A stretch of 30,626 nucleotides of DNA from Lama guanicoe (GCA_013239625.1 MU054187.1:20552897-20583522), one strand, 5' to 3'. Positions 11,515 through 22,851 are shown, counted from the stretch's first letter. Made by a program: numbers and translations. Notes: generated by a model from the letters alone, not told the origin.

Positions 11515-12009
11515 TGCCTTTGGGTTCAGTAATGGAAGTAGAGCTGTTAAATGCTTGCATTGATGCTACGCTTTTAATTAGGCTTGGGACCCTTTTCTAG
11601 ATTCCCTGATGAAGAAGTGGTGGTCTGAGTCAAATCTTGTTACGGTTGATATCTTTTCCTGGTAATTACTGAGGTGAGCTAATATTGGAGCTTCTGTTAT
11701 TTGTTTCTTTAATTAATCATTAGGCAGAGATATGTAATAATAGTATGTCCCCCTTGTCTTAGAATACATGATGCTTGTTTTTCAGTTAAAAAGAAATCTG
11801 TTTACTGTAATTGTATTTGTCTGAAATACTTTGTATAAGCCATAAGGAAAAAATAAAGATATACTCATGTACCAAAAATTACTAGTTGATTCAAAATTAA
11901 TAATATACTTTTTTTTTTGGTGATCTAAGGTCAAAAAAAAGGGGAAGCAATTGTAAAATTTATAGTTGGCAAAGAGTGTTTTTTTTTTTTAAATGAACTT
12001 TGTTTAAAA

Positions 12010-12791
12010 ATACTCGCAATGGCTCCGGTATCAACTACCTGGAATCTGGGCAGACTTCACAGGTTGAGGACACTGTCTCCATGGAGGGCTGCCCTGACTT
12101 CAGACACAAGCCACCAGTTTGGGGATTTCCCAGGTCATCCTCACTTCTACCCAACTGTCTTCAAATTTGGAGGTTTCCACTACCCACTCAGGTTTGTTAA
12201 TTCACTAGGACAACCTGCACAACACAGGAAAGCAATGTAACAATTACAATTTTATTACTGCAAAAGGATGCAAATTAGAACCAGCCAAAAAAAAAAAAAA
12301 AAAAAGTGCATAGGTTAAGATCTAGGAAGGTCCTGAACAGAAAGGTTTCTATTGTCCTCTCTCTGTGGAGTCAGGATATGTAACTATCTTGGCAAAATGC
12401 TGTGTGGCAATATGCAGAGTATAGCCAAGCCAGAAAGCTCACCCAAGCTTCAGGGTTCAGAGTTTGGACTGGAGTTTGATTATGCAGACATGCTTAAATG
12501 AATCTTTGGTCACACAATTGAATTTGATCTTCATCTCCCCCTTCCCTCCCTAGAGACCAAGCTGGTATCACATGGCTCAAAGCCCCACCCCCTAATCACA
12601 TGGTTGACCTTTCTGGCATGACCAGCCGCCCATCCTGAATCATCACTCTCTAGGGACCCACAGTGGGTCACTTTGGTAGCATAAACCACTGGGAAGAAGA
12701 AAGACATTCCTCTCATGTGGGAAATTCCTAGGATCTAGAAGCCATCTCTTAAGAACTGGGGACAAAGGCTAGCCAAATTCTTTATTACACA
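12010..12791 (-). mobile_element. MER21C-like LTR
   Basis: The minus strand begins TGTGTAATAAAGAATTTGGCTAGCCTTTGTCCCCAGTTC, matching the MER21C 5' end. Internal motifs include 'cacaggttgagg...gacttcagacac' and 'ctcacccaagcttcagg'. Confidence 0.85.
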
Positions 12792-13094
12792 GGAACATCT
12801 ACTTGAACTAAGCAGGTGATATTCATAGTATGGCTTATGTGATGTTTTAAGCTTATTAAAATTAATAAAATCTCTCAAGTTTTTATGACATATTGGTGTC
12901 TATATTATTTGATTCCAAGACTGCAGTGGCCACAACTGCTTAACAGACATTTTGGTGTGAGAACAAACAACAACTTCCACTTCGGCCTCTTATACATCCT
13001 GAATGCAGCTTGGGAGGATGGCATATGCTTGCTTACTAACGAAGCAGGGCACAGAACACTGATGGAGAATGAATGGCTAGCTGGTTTTCCACAA

Positions 13095-13630
13095 TCACTC
13101 TGTCCAGCACCTGGGTCTGAACCACATGACCACTCCAGCTATGGTCACTTCACATCACCACTCCAGACTAGAGTGAGGGATGCCACTACAGAAGAAACAG
13201 CTCAACTGTGAGGCACAGAAGTGACTTAGACCCTAAGCGGCATCTGAACAGGGTGGGGGCAGACATTCCTGGTGCTTACACAGGCATCACACTGGAGGTA
13301 GTCCAAATATGTGCCTGCAGCTGGGCCAACACAGCACGTACACAGACCCACACTGAGTGCCCACACTGGCCCCTCGTGCTCCAGAACTTCTCCCCTCTGG
13401 GGTGAGGGTGCCAGTGCTGCTGGGAGACAGGAAAGTATACTTTTAAAGGGAACAGAGACAGCTCAGATCCGACCCTCTGGGCTTCTAATCCAGCGACTTG
13501 GGACTAGATGCCAACCCAGATAGGATGATGACAGCCGCTGAGCAGAGAGGGAGCCCTAGGTCACACCTACCTCCAGCTCCAGCCCCTGCATCTCCAACCC
13601 TAAATCCTACCAAGATGATAGCTGCCAGGA
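13095..13630 (+). mobile_element. Probable L1 5'UTR fragment (GC-rich, cetartiodactyl/L1M-type)
   Basis: GC-rich block containing 'aaagggaacagagacagctcagatccgaccctc...gctgagcagagaggg...cctaccaagatgatagctgccag', recalled from L1 5' regions upstream of ORF1 in artiodactyls. No ORF1 follows. Confidence 0.6.
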
Positions 13631-13979
13631 TGAAGCTTTTCTCCCCAACTGCCCTATTTTCCAGATATATCAAGGCATTTTCCAGCTCAGAATTTTCTAC
13701 TGTCCTCAGATGGTTTCTGTTTGGCTTTGTCAAAGGCCTGTCACGCCATACCTATTCTATTCTATAGTTACTATCTCAGATCTTATCCAGATCTTATCAG
13801 GATAAAACAGCTCTTTTTACCTCACCCATGCTGTTGGTTCTATCACTCAAAGGAGAACATAATGAATACTAAAAAGAAAGTAAGTTCTACTAAAGAGATA
13901 TTTTTATTAAATCACTTTAGCACTCAGAGGATGCAAAACAAATATTACATTTTAGGAAGATGGTTTGGACATGAGATAT

Positions 13980-13984
<5 letters not shown>

Positions 13985-14026
<42 letters not shown>
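13985..14026. repeat. Compound microsatellite (CT)13(AT)8
   Basis: Read directly from the sequence. Confidence 0.97.
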
Positions 14027-14027
<1 letters not shown>

Positions 14028-15271
14028 AATAACTCATTTTTAAAAGAATTTCATTACCTGATAGGTAAAATATTCTATATTAGTAATTATTAATAATAAT
14101 ATAACATTCCAATTTTTAAGATCTTCTTTTGGTAATGTGAACAAGTGTATCTTAATAATTCAAATGAGTAAAGAGAAAATCATCTAGATTTTTTTTTAAA
14201 TTAAAAATTATCATCTGAACCTAATGTGTCTGAATACATCCTTTCAATTTGGTTAAATTGCTCATTCAGAAAATAAATGATCAGTGCCATGAGCAAATAA
14301 AATAATGAGTACATATTCCTCAAAAGATGAATATCAGTTAAATACGAAATTAATGTTATTATTTCTGCTAATAGAATCTTGGGACCTGGTGATATTAACA
14401 ATAAAACACCTTTTATAGCAGCCTCTGTACTTGTGGGTATGTTTAATGCTATGTTAAAAATAAAACTAGATGAAAATTTGTTTTAGAAGTTGCATCGGAT
14501 TTCTGATGGTGGGAATTGGAGGAACAGAATAAAAAGAATATCTTAAAATTTTGTTTTTTCTTATTTTTTGTCTTGTGGTATTCATCAGAATCATTCCATT
14601 TTTTACTAGTCACCCTTTTAAGTAGCTTGAATCTTTTCTTTACAACAGCAACCAAATCACGGGAAGCCAGCCAGCTCCAAATGATTATAATTACTGGAAA
14701 TGAATATTTTAAAACGTAGAAGGTAAGGAGCTAAGCAGAAAGGCAACAGATGTATGTCCTAAGTACATTTGTTTGTGTGACAACAAAAACTGAAACCAAA
14801 GTTCAATTCTTTTGAGGTTTAGCTGCAAAATTAGCATAATAATGCTATAATAGTCGACCTGTCATTGCAAAACTCTTTAATTGCTACAAACATATGACCT
14901 TTTGTAGAATTCGTTTTGTCAGCCACTTTACATAGCAGGCAGATTAGAAAATGAGCTTTATAATGTGATAAAATTTTTTTGAATTCTTTGACAGTTCAGA
15001 AATATAAAGATGATTCTTTCCTTAAGATAATACATCATAATCATATTCCCAGTAATAAGAATGTCCAATTAATTCTATGTTTTTTTAAAACCCCTCCCTG
15101 AAAATGGAACGTCCCTGTCTTTTGATTTTATCGCTGTACCTTCAAAAATTAAAGTATCTTGATTATTTCAAAACTGATTCACTTTAAAGAGACTTTAGAG
15201 GGAAGATAATTTTCATCTTCTGGTTTTATTCCATTGCAATCATTGAAATAATTACATAGGGGCAGTCCCAG

Positions 15272-15752
15272 TGTTACTGAATCAAAATTTGAGTTCGCGT
15301 CCCCAAGCACAGTAAAGCCAATCTATTGACCTTGGGTTGTGGTGAAGGAAAGGACAGCATTTATTGTAGGCGCCAAACAAGGAGTCCAGGAGAGCTAAAG
15401 CCCCCAAAGCTAGAGCTTTCTGATGGGTTTCAGCAAGATATTTTTAAAGGCAAAGTGAGTAAGGGAAGTCCCAGGGCATATGATCAGCTCGAGCACAACT
15501 CTCTGATTGGCTAATAGTGGGATTATAGGGGTTAACGTTAACAATTCTTTGGCTTCCGTAGGTCTGGGAACTACATGCTCTGCTCATCAAGTAGTTAATC
15601 TCTTCCATTTGATGAGGGTGTTAGCATCTGTAAACCAACTCAGGAAACGTGCATCAAATATTATAGCCTGGGTACTTCTGAGAGGAGCTAAAGCAGAGGC
15701 ATGGAGGAGGGGTCTGTCTTGGGAAAGCCTCATAGGGTCCTGCTCAGTTACA
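15272..15752 (-). mobile_element. Complete ERV1-type solo LTR (481 bp)
   Basis: TG...CA termini with an 8/9 terminal inverted repeat (TGTTACTGA...TCAGTTACA) and a 4-bp TSD CCAG (15268-15271, 15753-15756). On the minus strand, CCAAT, a TTTAAAAA TATA-like element and AATAAA occur in U3-R order. Confidence 0.9.
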
Positions 15753-16029
15753 CCAGGACAGGGGTATTTTTTTGTCATGAGAGGAAATGAAGGGGTTTCT
15801 GTCTATTTGTGCCATGTTGCCCCAAAGTTAAACATCTGTGGTTGATATCCAAATGTGCAATTTTTTAGAAAGAACCTGGGTCCTTAGACCACAGGCCTCA
15901 CTTCATAAATAACTAATTTGAGCTAAACACCGCACAGTGCTACTACAGGTTACATAAAGAAAATGCATTGTATTTTCCTGTTCTTAATAAATTATTAAAG
16001 CAGATTGCATTCATTTATTTGTTCTACAT

Positions 16030-16270
16030 TATACATCCAATGTAAGTGTCAATTCTGGGCTGAGGCAATTAAGAGCTGGGTTGCTTTTTCCATTTCACTC
16101 TTACCTTCTTCAGTGATCTTAGGGGCCATTTGTCACAGACAACATAGCTTCATGTTGGAGAACTTACAACCTGCAGCAAACTTTATCTGTGCAAGAAATA
16201 ACACTTGGGATATTAAGCAGCCCTTTCTAGGATGCTTATTACAGCAGTGTGCATCATTTTGACTAATACC
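16030..16270 (+). mobile_element. MLT1 (I/J-like) MaLR LTR, 3' portion
   Basis: 'tctgggctgaggcaattaagagctgg', 'gcaagaaataa' and the terminal 'ttacagcag...tgactaatac'. Confidence 0.75.
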
Positions 16271-16440
16271 AACAGTTGTTGTTTGAAGTGGAACCCCATC
16301 ATATAGGCCTATCCAAATAGGGGAACTGAATTTAGAGTTTGGTTACTGAGCAGCAAAGAGAATGTTGTTATAGCCTGGAAAGATGAAAATCCACATTACT
16401 TGCACTAAAGTATTTGGTAAACGTAACATCTCTCACTACG
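16271..16440 (+). mobile_element. MLT1 internal-region 5' fragment
   Basis: Directly follows the LTR. 'gaagtgg...gcctggaaagatgaaaatccacatta...tatttggtaaa' resembles the start of MLT1-int. Confidence 0.55.
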
Positions 16441-16689
16441 GATACAGCTGAAAGGCTGGTACACAATGAGAGGCAGTAAGGTGAGTTACTGATGACTTAG
16501 AGTATCTTGGCTAAAGCAAGGTGTGCTCTCTATTTACTGAAACTGGAAACACTCAAAAGAGAAACATCTTTGATGCTGGTGAATATAAGGAATTAAGTTT
16601 GGGGTGTATTAGGTTTAATGTATTATTTGAACACCCAAAGAACCAGAATTCACGAATTATGTCCTAAAGCTTTCAAACACGCACAGATT

Positions 16690-16900
16690 GGAATATGGAG
16701 AAAATCAGTAAAAGAGACTAATAAGGAGCAGTCAGTATGGTAGCAGGAAAAGACAGGGAGGGAAAAGCAAATATGTGTACTTGTATCCTAAGTGCAGTGA
16801 AGGTTTCAAGACAGAGAAAGTGTGATCAGCTTTGACAGATGCTGCTGCGGGTTGGTTAATTTAAACTGATGTAGACTTCATTGGCTTTGGAAATAAGTTA
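16690..16900 (-). mobile_element. LINE-2 fragment
   Basis: Reverse L2 motifs: 'aaagagactaataaggagcagtcagt', 'gtttcaaga...gtgatcagctttgacagatgctgctg', 'cattggctttgg'. Confidence 0.7.
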
Positions 16901-17560
16901 ATGCTCTGTGTTAAATGAGACTTGTACCCCATGATCTCTATAATTCCTTCTTAGGCACTAAACTATTTCTGTGACTTTGAAACACTGGAAATATTCAATA
17001 ATTTAAATATGTCACCAGTAGTTTTGTCCAGGCTGTTACTGAGTGCTTCACTCACCAAGTCTTGCTGGTTTCCTTATTCCAATGTTCATTTTTAAATAGC
17101 TTATTTATTAGTGGCTCTCTATTGAAATATGTGGGTGTTCCAAATATTTTTGGCCAGGATCTAAACAGTTATTACTTATGTTATCTCCTAATTTTGAGGA
17201 ATCCTCAAGTTTGTAAATATTTTCTGCTTTTCCTTCTTTAGTCTTTTCAACAGCATGATAGAGTAATGAAATGAAAAGATCATTGAATTATGCAGCTCCA
17301 TACACAGACTGTTAATGATCTGTGTCCATGTTGAAACCTCCGAGATACTGACAGTCACTAGATGTGGTATCATAAATTGCATTATAGGAACCAACCAAAC
17401 CTGTATTTACTCTCCTTTGAACGTTTAAATAAGAGAGCTTTTATCAAAGAATTTTAAAATTGAAATTCGGATATACGGTCAACAAATAATTTGAATGTTT
17501 TCTTTGTGAAATACAATATAAAATAAAGTAATGTAATGAGACAAGGATAAGCAGTAATTT

Positions 17561-19470
17561 TTTTAAAATTTGTATTGAAATACCAGTTTACAATGTTGTG
17601 CTAATTTCATTGTAGAGCAAAGTGATTCAGTTATATGTATACATACATTTCTTTTTCAGATTCTTTTCCATTATAGATTATTGCAAGAGATTGAATATAG
17701 TTCCCTGTGCTACACAGTAGGTATATTGTTGTTTATCTGTTTTATACATAGTAGTGTGTATATGCTAATCCTAAACTCCTAATTTATCCCTCCCCACCAA
17801 CCCTTTCCCCTTTGGTAATCATATTTTTCTGTCTATGTCTATGAGTCTATTTCTGGTTTGTAAAGAAGTTCATTTGTATCAGTAATTTTTTAGATTCCAC
17901 ATATAAGTGATATCATATGATATTTCTCTTTCTCTGTCTGACTTACTTTACTTAATATGATAATCTCTAGGCCCATCCATGTTGCTGCAAATGGCATTAT
18001 TTCATTCTTTTTCATGGCTGAGTAATATTCTGTTGTATACATACTACATCTTCTTTATCCATTTATCTGTCAATGGACATTTAGGTTGTTTCCATGTCTT
18101 GGTTATTGTAAATAGTGCTGCTATGAAAATTAGAGCACGTGTATCTTTTCAAGTTAGAGTTTTCTCTGGATATATATCCAGGAGTAGGATTGCTGGATCA
18201 TATGGTAACTCCATTTTTAGCTTTTAAGGGACCTCCATACTGTTTTCCATAGTGACTGCACCAATTTACATTACCAGCAAAAGTGTAGGAGGACTCCTTT
18301 TTCTCCATACCCTCTCCAGCATTTATCATTCGTACACATTTTGGTAATAGCCATTTTAACTGGTATAAGGTAATTTTGATTTGCATTTCTCTAATAACTA
18401 GTCATATTAAGCATCTTTTCATTTGCCTTTTGGCCATCTGGATGTCTGCTTTTGAAAAATATCTATTTAGGTTCTCTACCCACTTTTTGACTTTTTTTTA
18501 TATTAAGCTGTATGAGCTGTTTGTATATTAGATATTAATCCCTTCTTGATCTCATCATTTGCAAATATTTTCTCCCATTCCCAAGGTTGTCTTTTCATTT
18601 TGTTTATGGTTCTCCTTGCTGTGCAAAAGCTTTTAAGTTTAATTAGGTTCCATTTGCTTATTTTTGCTTTTATTTCCATTACTCTAGGAGATGGATAGAA
18701 AAAAATACTGCTGCAAGTTATGTCAAAGGGTGTTCTGCTTATGTTTTCCTCTAGGAGTTTTAGAGTATGCAGTTTTACATTGAGGTCTTTAATCCATTTT
18801 GAGTTTATTTTGTATATGGTGTTAGAGAATGTTCTAATTTCATTCTTTTACATGAAGTTATCCAGTTTTCCCAGCACCACTTATTGAAGAGACTGTCTTT
18901 TCTTCATTGTATATTCTTACTTCTTTTTTTGTAGTTTAACTGACCTTACGTGTGTGGGTTTATTTCTGGGCTTTCTATGCTAATCCATTGTCTGTGTGTC
19001 TGTTTTTGCAATGGTACCATACCGTTTTGATTATTGTAGCTTTGTCTTAAGTCTAGGAATGTGATTCCTCTAGCTCTATTCTCATTTCTCAAGATTGTTT
19101 TGGCTATTCAAGGTCTTTTGTGTTTCTGCTCAAATTTAAAAAAACTTTGTTCCAGTTCTGCAAAAAATGCAGTTCATAATTTGATAAGCATTGCACTGAA
19201 TTTGTATGTTGCCTTGGGTAGTAGGCCATTTTAACAATATTGATTCTTTCAATCCAAGAACACAGTATATCTTTCCATCTGTTTATGTTACCTTCAATTT
19301 CCTTCATCAGTGTCTTATAGTTTTCAGAGTACAGATTTTTGCCTCCATGAGTAGGTTTATTCCTAGGTATTTTATTTTTTGATATGATAGTAAATGAGAC
19401 TGTTTTCTTAATTTCTTTTTCTGATATTTCATTATTAGTATATAGAACAGATTTCTGTATATTAATTTTG
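17561..19470 (-). mobile_element. 5'-truncated L1 (~1.9 kb; C-terminal part of ORF2 plus 3'UTR), non-functional
   Basis: Frameshifted ORF2 peptides 'KINIQKSV...YTNNE', 'LYSENYKTLMKEI...RWKDILCSWIERINIVKM' and '[15 protein letters not shown]'. The T-rich tail lies at ~17557-17565. Degenerate TSD ggataagcagtaattt / ggatacacagtaaatt. Confidence 0.96.
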
Positions 19471-20392
19471 GGATACACAGTAAATTGATTTATCCCATGT
19501 TGACATTGTTATTCCCTAGTTGTATATAATTTACATAAAATTATTAATGAGGTAATAATCTAGGCCTTTTTAGCATTTAATCTTTAACTATTCTCTTTTT
19601 TCCTTACTTAAAAAAGGATTTGAGATTACAGAAATTTTGCCACATATATATATAGAAACAAAAATAATAATAGAAAGATACATTTTATTGGGTCCTGTAA
19701 AGCTTTCTGTCTGGTTGAGAGGGAAAACAAGGCTAAGAATTGCTAGTCTATTCATATAATCTTCATTTCCAGTTCAGAACTTTACCTGATGTAGTTTATG
19801 GCAAGAATTTGAAGCAAAAGTTTGGTGATAATATTTCTCCTGACTCTAAAGCAGAAGAGCCACATCCAACTTATGGTTATTTTTAACTTGGATGCTTTTT
19901 TTCTTTTTTCAATCTTAAGTTATTCAGTCCAGAAACATTACCATAAAAACAATAATAAGCATAAAATAAAGACTTGGTATGTTTTTCCTGACATAAAAAG
20001 ACTCCTGGTGCTGATGTTAACAAATTCAGTCATTCTCATCCCCAACAACAGCAGATATGTACAGAAACATAACCTCAATATAATGAAGAGAATAAAAATA
20101 AGTGACCTAGAGGAAAATTAATTGCCAGAAAGTTGAGAAATGGAGGTTAACAGAAAAAAACCCATAGAATTTAACAAAGTAAAATCAGAGGCTAGAAAGA
20201 AAGAAGTGAGCATATTCAATAAGAGCCTTAAATCATGGTCAATAGACACTATAGTGAAAGGGCCAAAATGAAAAAGGAGTCTCTTTCAGACAGAGCTTGT
20301 GAATAACCTCCGAAATATCTAATGCCTAGACAGAGACACTTCGGATAATCCCTGAATGTGGGATAAATAAGAACAGTCTTAATATTGCTTTA

Positions 20393-20530
20393 TTCTTGTC
20401 TTTTTGGGGGAGGGAGTGGGTAATTAGGTTTATTTATTTATTTACTTATTTGTTTATTTTAATGGAAGTACTGGGGATTGAACCCAGGACCTCATGCATG
20501 CTACCACTGAGCTATACTCTCCCTCCTAGA
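20393..20530 (-). mobile_element. Vic-1-type camelid tRNA-derived SINE (internal 13-nt deletion)
   Basis: The minus strand reads GAGTATAGCTCAGTGGTAGCATGCATGAGGTCCTGGGTTCAATCCCCAGTACTTCC, then an AAAT-rich linker, CCTAATTACC and a C-run. TSD AAT(A/G)TTGCTTTA at 20381-20392 and 20531-20542. Confidence 0.9.
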
Positions 20531-20686
20531 AATGTTGCTTTAGAAGAGAACAATTAAGCCAAGAATGAGACAGAGAAATAGATTGATGGAAGACTCATTC
20601 CTTTCTTTCTCTGGAATGAGTAATCATCTCCATGTAGAGGTGGACCTAGAGATCACAATTCATATAAATATTTATAAGGTATCCTT

Positions 20687-20810
20687 CCTTTATTTCAGGG
20701 GGCAGAAAATGAGGTCTATTTATTTATTTTCAGAGGAGGTGATGGGGATTGAACCCAGGACTTTCTGCATGCTAAGCATGTACCCTACCATTTGAGCTAT
20801 ACCCTCCCCC
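20687..20810 (-). mobile_element. Vic-1-type camelid tRNA-derived SINE
   Basis: The minus strand reads GGGGGAGGGTATAGCTCAAATGGTAGGGTACATGCTTAGCATGCAGAAAGTCCTGGGTTCAATCCCCATCACCTCC, with Pol III A and B boxes and a tRNA-Ala-like head. Confidence 0.92.
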
Positions 20811-22851
20811 AGGAATCTTTAACATACTGGAAATTAAGTTTATGCTTAATCAGTTTAGGAAAATCTGGTTATGTTTTATCAATACTGTATATATGACATA
20901 ACTTTTAAAATGCCATTCTGAGTATACTTTTAGTGAAAAAAATAACAGTAGGTAACAGTAAGTACTGTGTTTCTGAAATCTTTGAAAACAGGGTGGTCTT
21001 ACCTTTGCTCACTGTCCTAGTTCTCAGGCAAGATTCTTTCATTAGCCAATAGATGATTCTTATAGAAAACTTTAATTACCTAACAAATTAAGAGAAAGAT
21101 AGTTATCAATTACCTCATTATCCAGCGATTAAGAGAAAGAGAAGTTTGGAGTCCTCCTGGATGTAAGAATTTTAACTCAGCATCTCAGTAGATGCTAAAT
21201 CAAAGGGGAAACAGGTCAAGTCTGTTTTGTGAGCAGGCAGTTTTATTTTGGACTCTTATTGTAAACAATGGTTGGTAAAGTCCAGTATCTCCCCAAATTA
21301 GGTAATATGTGTATTTCTTTTAATAAAAAAATCTCATACAACTATAAGAATATTTTCATGAGACTATACGGGCTATGGATTCCACATATTTCAGTCTGAC
21401 ACAAACCGATCTGCAATAAATTGAACCTTTAAACAACTTTTATTTACAAAAATCTTAGAACTGCCATATGGATAAATATAAAAAATAAAAACATTTGCCC
21501 TCACTTCCCTCATGATGATAGGAAACTATAAAAGACTATCATATTTATTTATGCAAATATATTCATTAGATGAGTACTATGAGTAATGTCAATTAGTAAA
21601 TGCAAAATTAATAAATTCCACTCTATGTTTTCTGTATTAGTCTCTGGGATTCTTAATTAATGTGACCTCATCTCTAAGATAAGACTTCAGTCCCTTGGTA
21701 AACAATGTTTCTTTGCCATAAAGTCTGAGTCAGAACCTGAGTTTGTGATGCCAACACTGGAGGCTTCTTAAAGACCAATCAGCCCTCGCCCCTGGAAACA
21801 CTCATTTTGGCATCACTCCAAATTCAAAATGATCCAAAATGTAATCCGTTACTGAAAGTCACAATTGAGTCATGAGAAAATATGGATGAAATTATGTCTA
21901 TTATTATTTGCCTGTTCAGTCTAGGCCTCTGTTATTTCCTTATTCTATCATTTCCTCCTTCATTCTGTATATCTAGTTCCTACAAGGAAACAGTCTTATT
22001 TTAAAGAGATGGATTTGGTGATCCGAATTAGGTCAGATTTCCATTTTATATAATGCAATTTTATAATTTTTATAGGAGAGCACAGGGTGAAATCAAGTTT
22101 GTTTCCTTAAGTGGATTTACACTTCTCTAACACTGCTATTTCTCTCCTGATAGTTACTGCAGAAATATCATATATACAGAGCTAGCAAATCAATCTGAAA
22201 AATACCAAATATTGTGACAGGAAACTTTGAAACATAGTTTGCTTTCATGGAGAAATATTCTTCTGTCCATTAAATCATCCTTCAGTGTAAAGTAATATTT
22301 TGCTCTCATGAGAAAGCAGGTGAGATGTCTTTTATTCTGCCTTGCATGTCTAGCAACAGTGATCAGAATGCAATCAAAAACAGTAAGGAAACTATATAGA
22401 ATATGTAAAACCAATTCAACTATCATTGTTCTGTTTTCTCTCAAGTTCATCAAAAAACCATAAGGCATTTAAAATGTAGCTTCTTAAATCTCAGTAGATC
22501 CCATAGGGATGGCAATATAGATTCACATTCCGAGAATCACAAAGTTGTATGGATTTATTTTCTTTCACCCGCATGATGAATGCTCAGAGAAGATTTCAAT
22601 TCAATATGAATCTCAGAATTTCAAAAGCTTAGAAATGAAAATAGGAATGTATATGTAAGAAAAAAACTTTACCCTGCATTCTTCATTGTGATAGTTTTAG
22701 ATAACAAAGTCACTAAAATAAACAAGGGTAAATATTCATTGAATGTATTAGTCAATATTTCATCAGAAGATGGATTGTAGAATTCAAAAATAGTTATTCT
22801 CCCAAGGAAAGACTCTATATAGAAATTTCAGTGGCATCAAGATTTGTATTC

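Noticed and set aside
12885..14032. Cluster of overlapping ORFs suggesting a gene
   Set aside because: The cluster is explained by locally high GC in a probable L1 5'UTR and by a microsatellite. The peptides are unrecognisable.
15326..15845. ORFs of 62-112 aa
   Set aside because: They lie in or across a solo LTR, which is non-coding, and show no gag/pol/env similarity.
19104..19478. 124-aa ORF with reverse-transcriptase-region similarity
   Set aside because: It is a frameshifted remnant of L1 ORF2 inside a 5'-truncated element, not a gene.
19930..20380. A-rich stretch resembling ancient L1 ORF1/HAL1 remnants
   Set aside because: It is too diverged to call from sequence alone and needs an HMM search.
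20687..20810. tRNA-Ala-like sequence with A/B boxes
   Set aside because: It is a SINE head followed by an AT-rich linker and tail, with a degenerate cloverleaf. It is not a tRNA gene.
21074..21140. Short direct repeat ATTAAGAGAAAGA (21087, 21128)
   Set aside because: It is a small A-rich micro-duplication with no further structure.
22190..22468. 92-aa minus-strand ORF with a hydrophobic segment
   Set aside because: No recognisable homology and no convincing flanking splice sites; typical of chance ORFs in AT-rich DNA.
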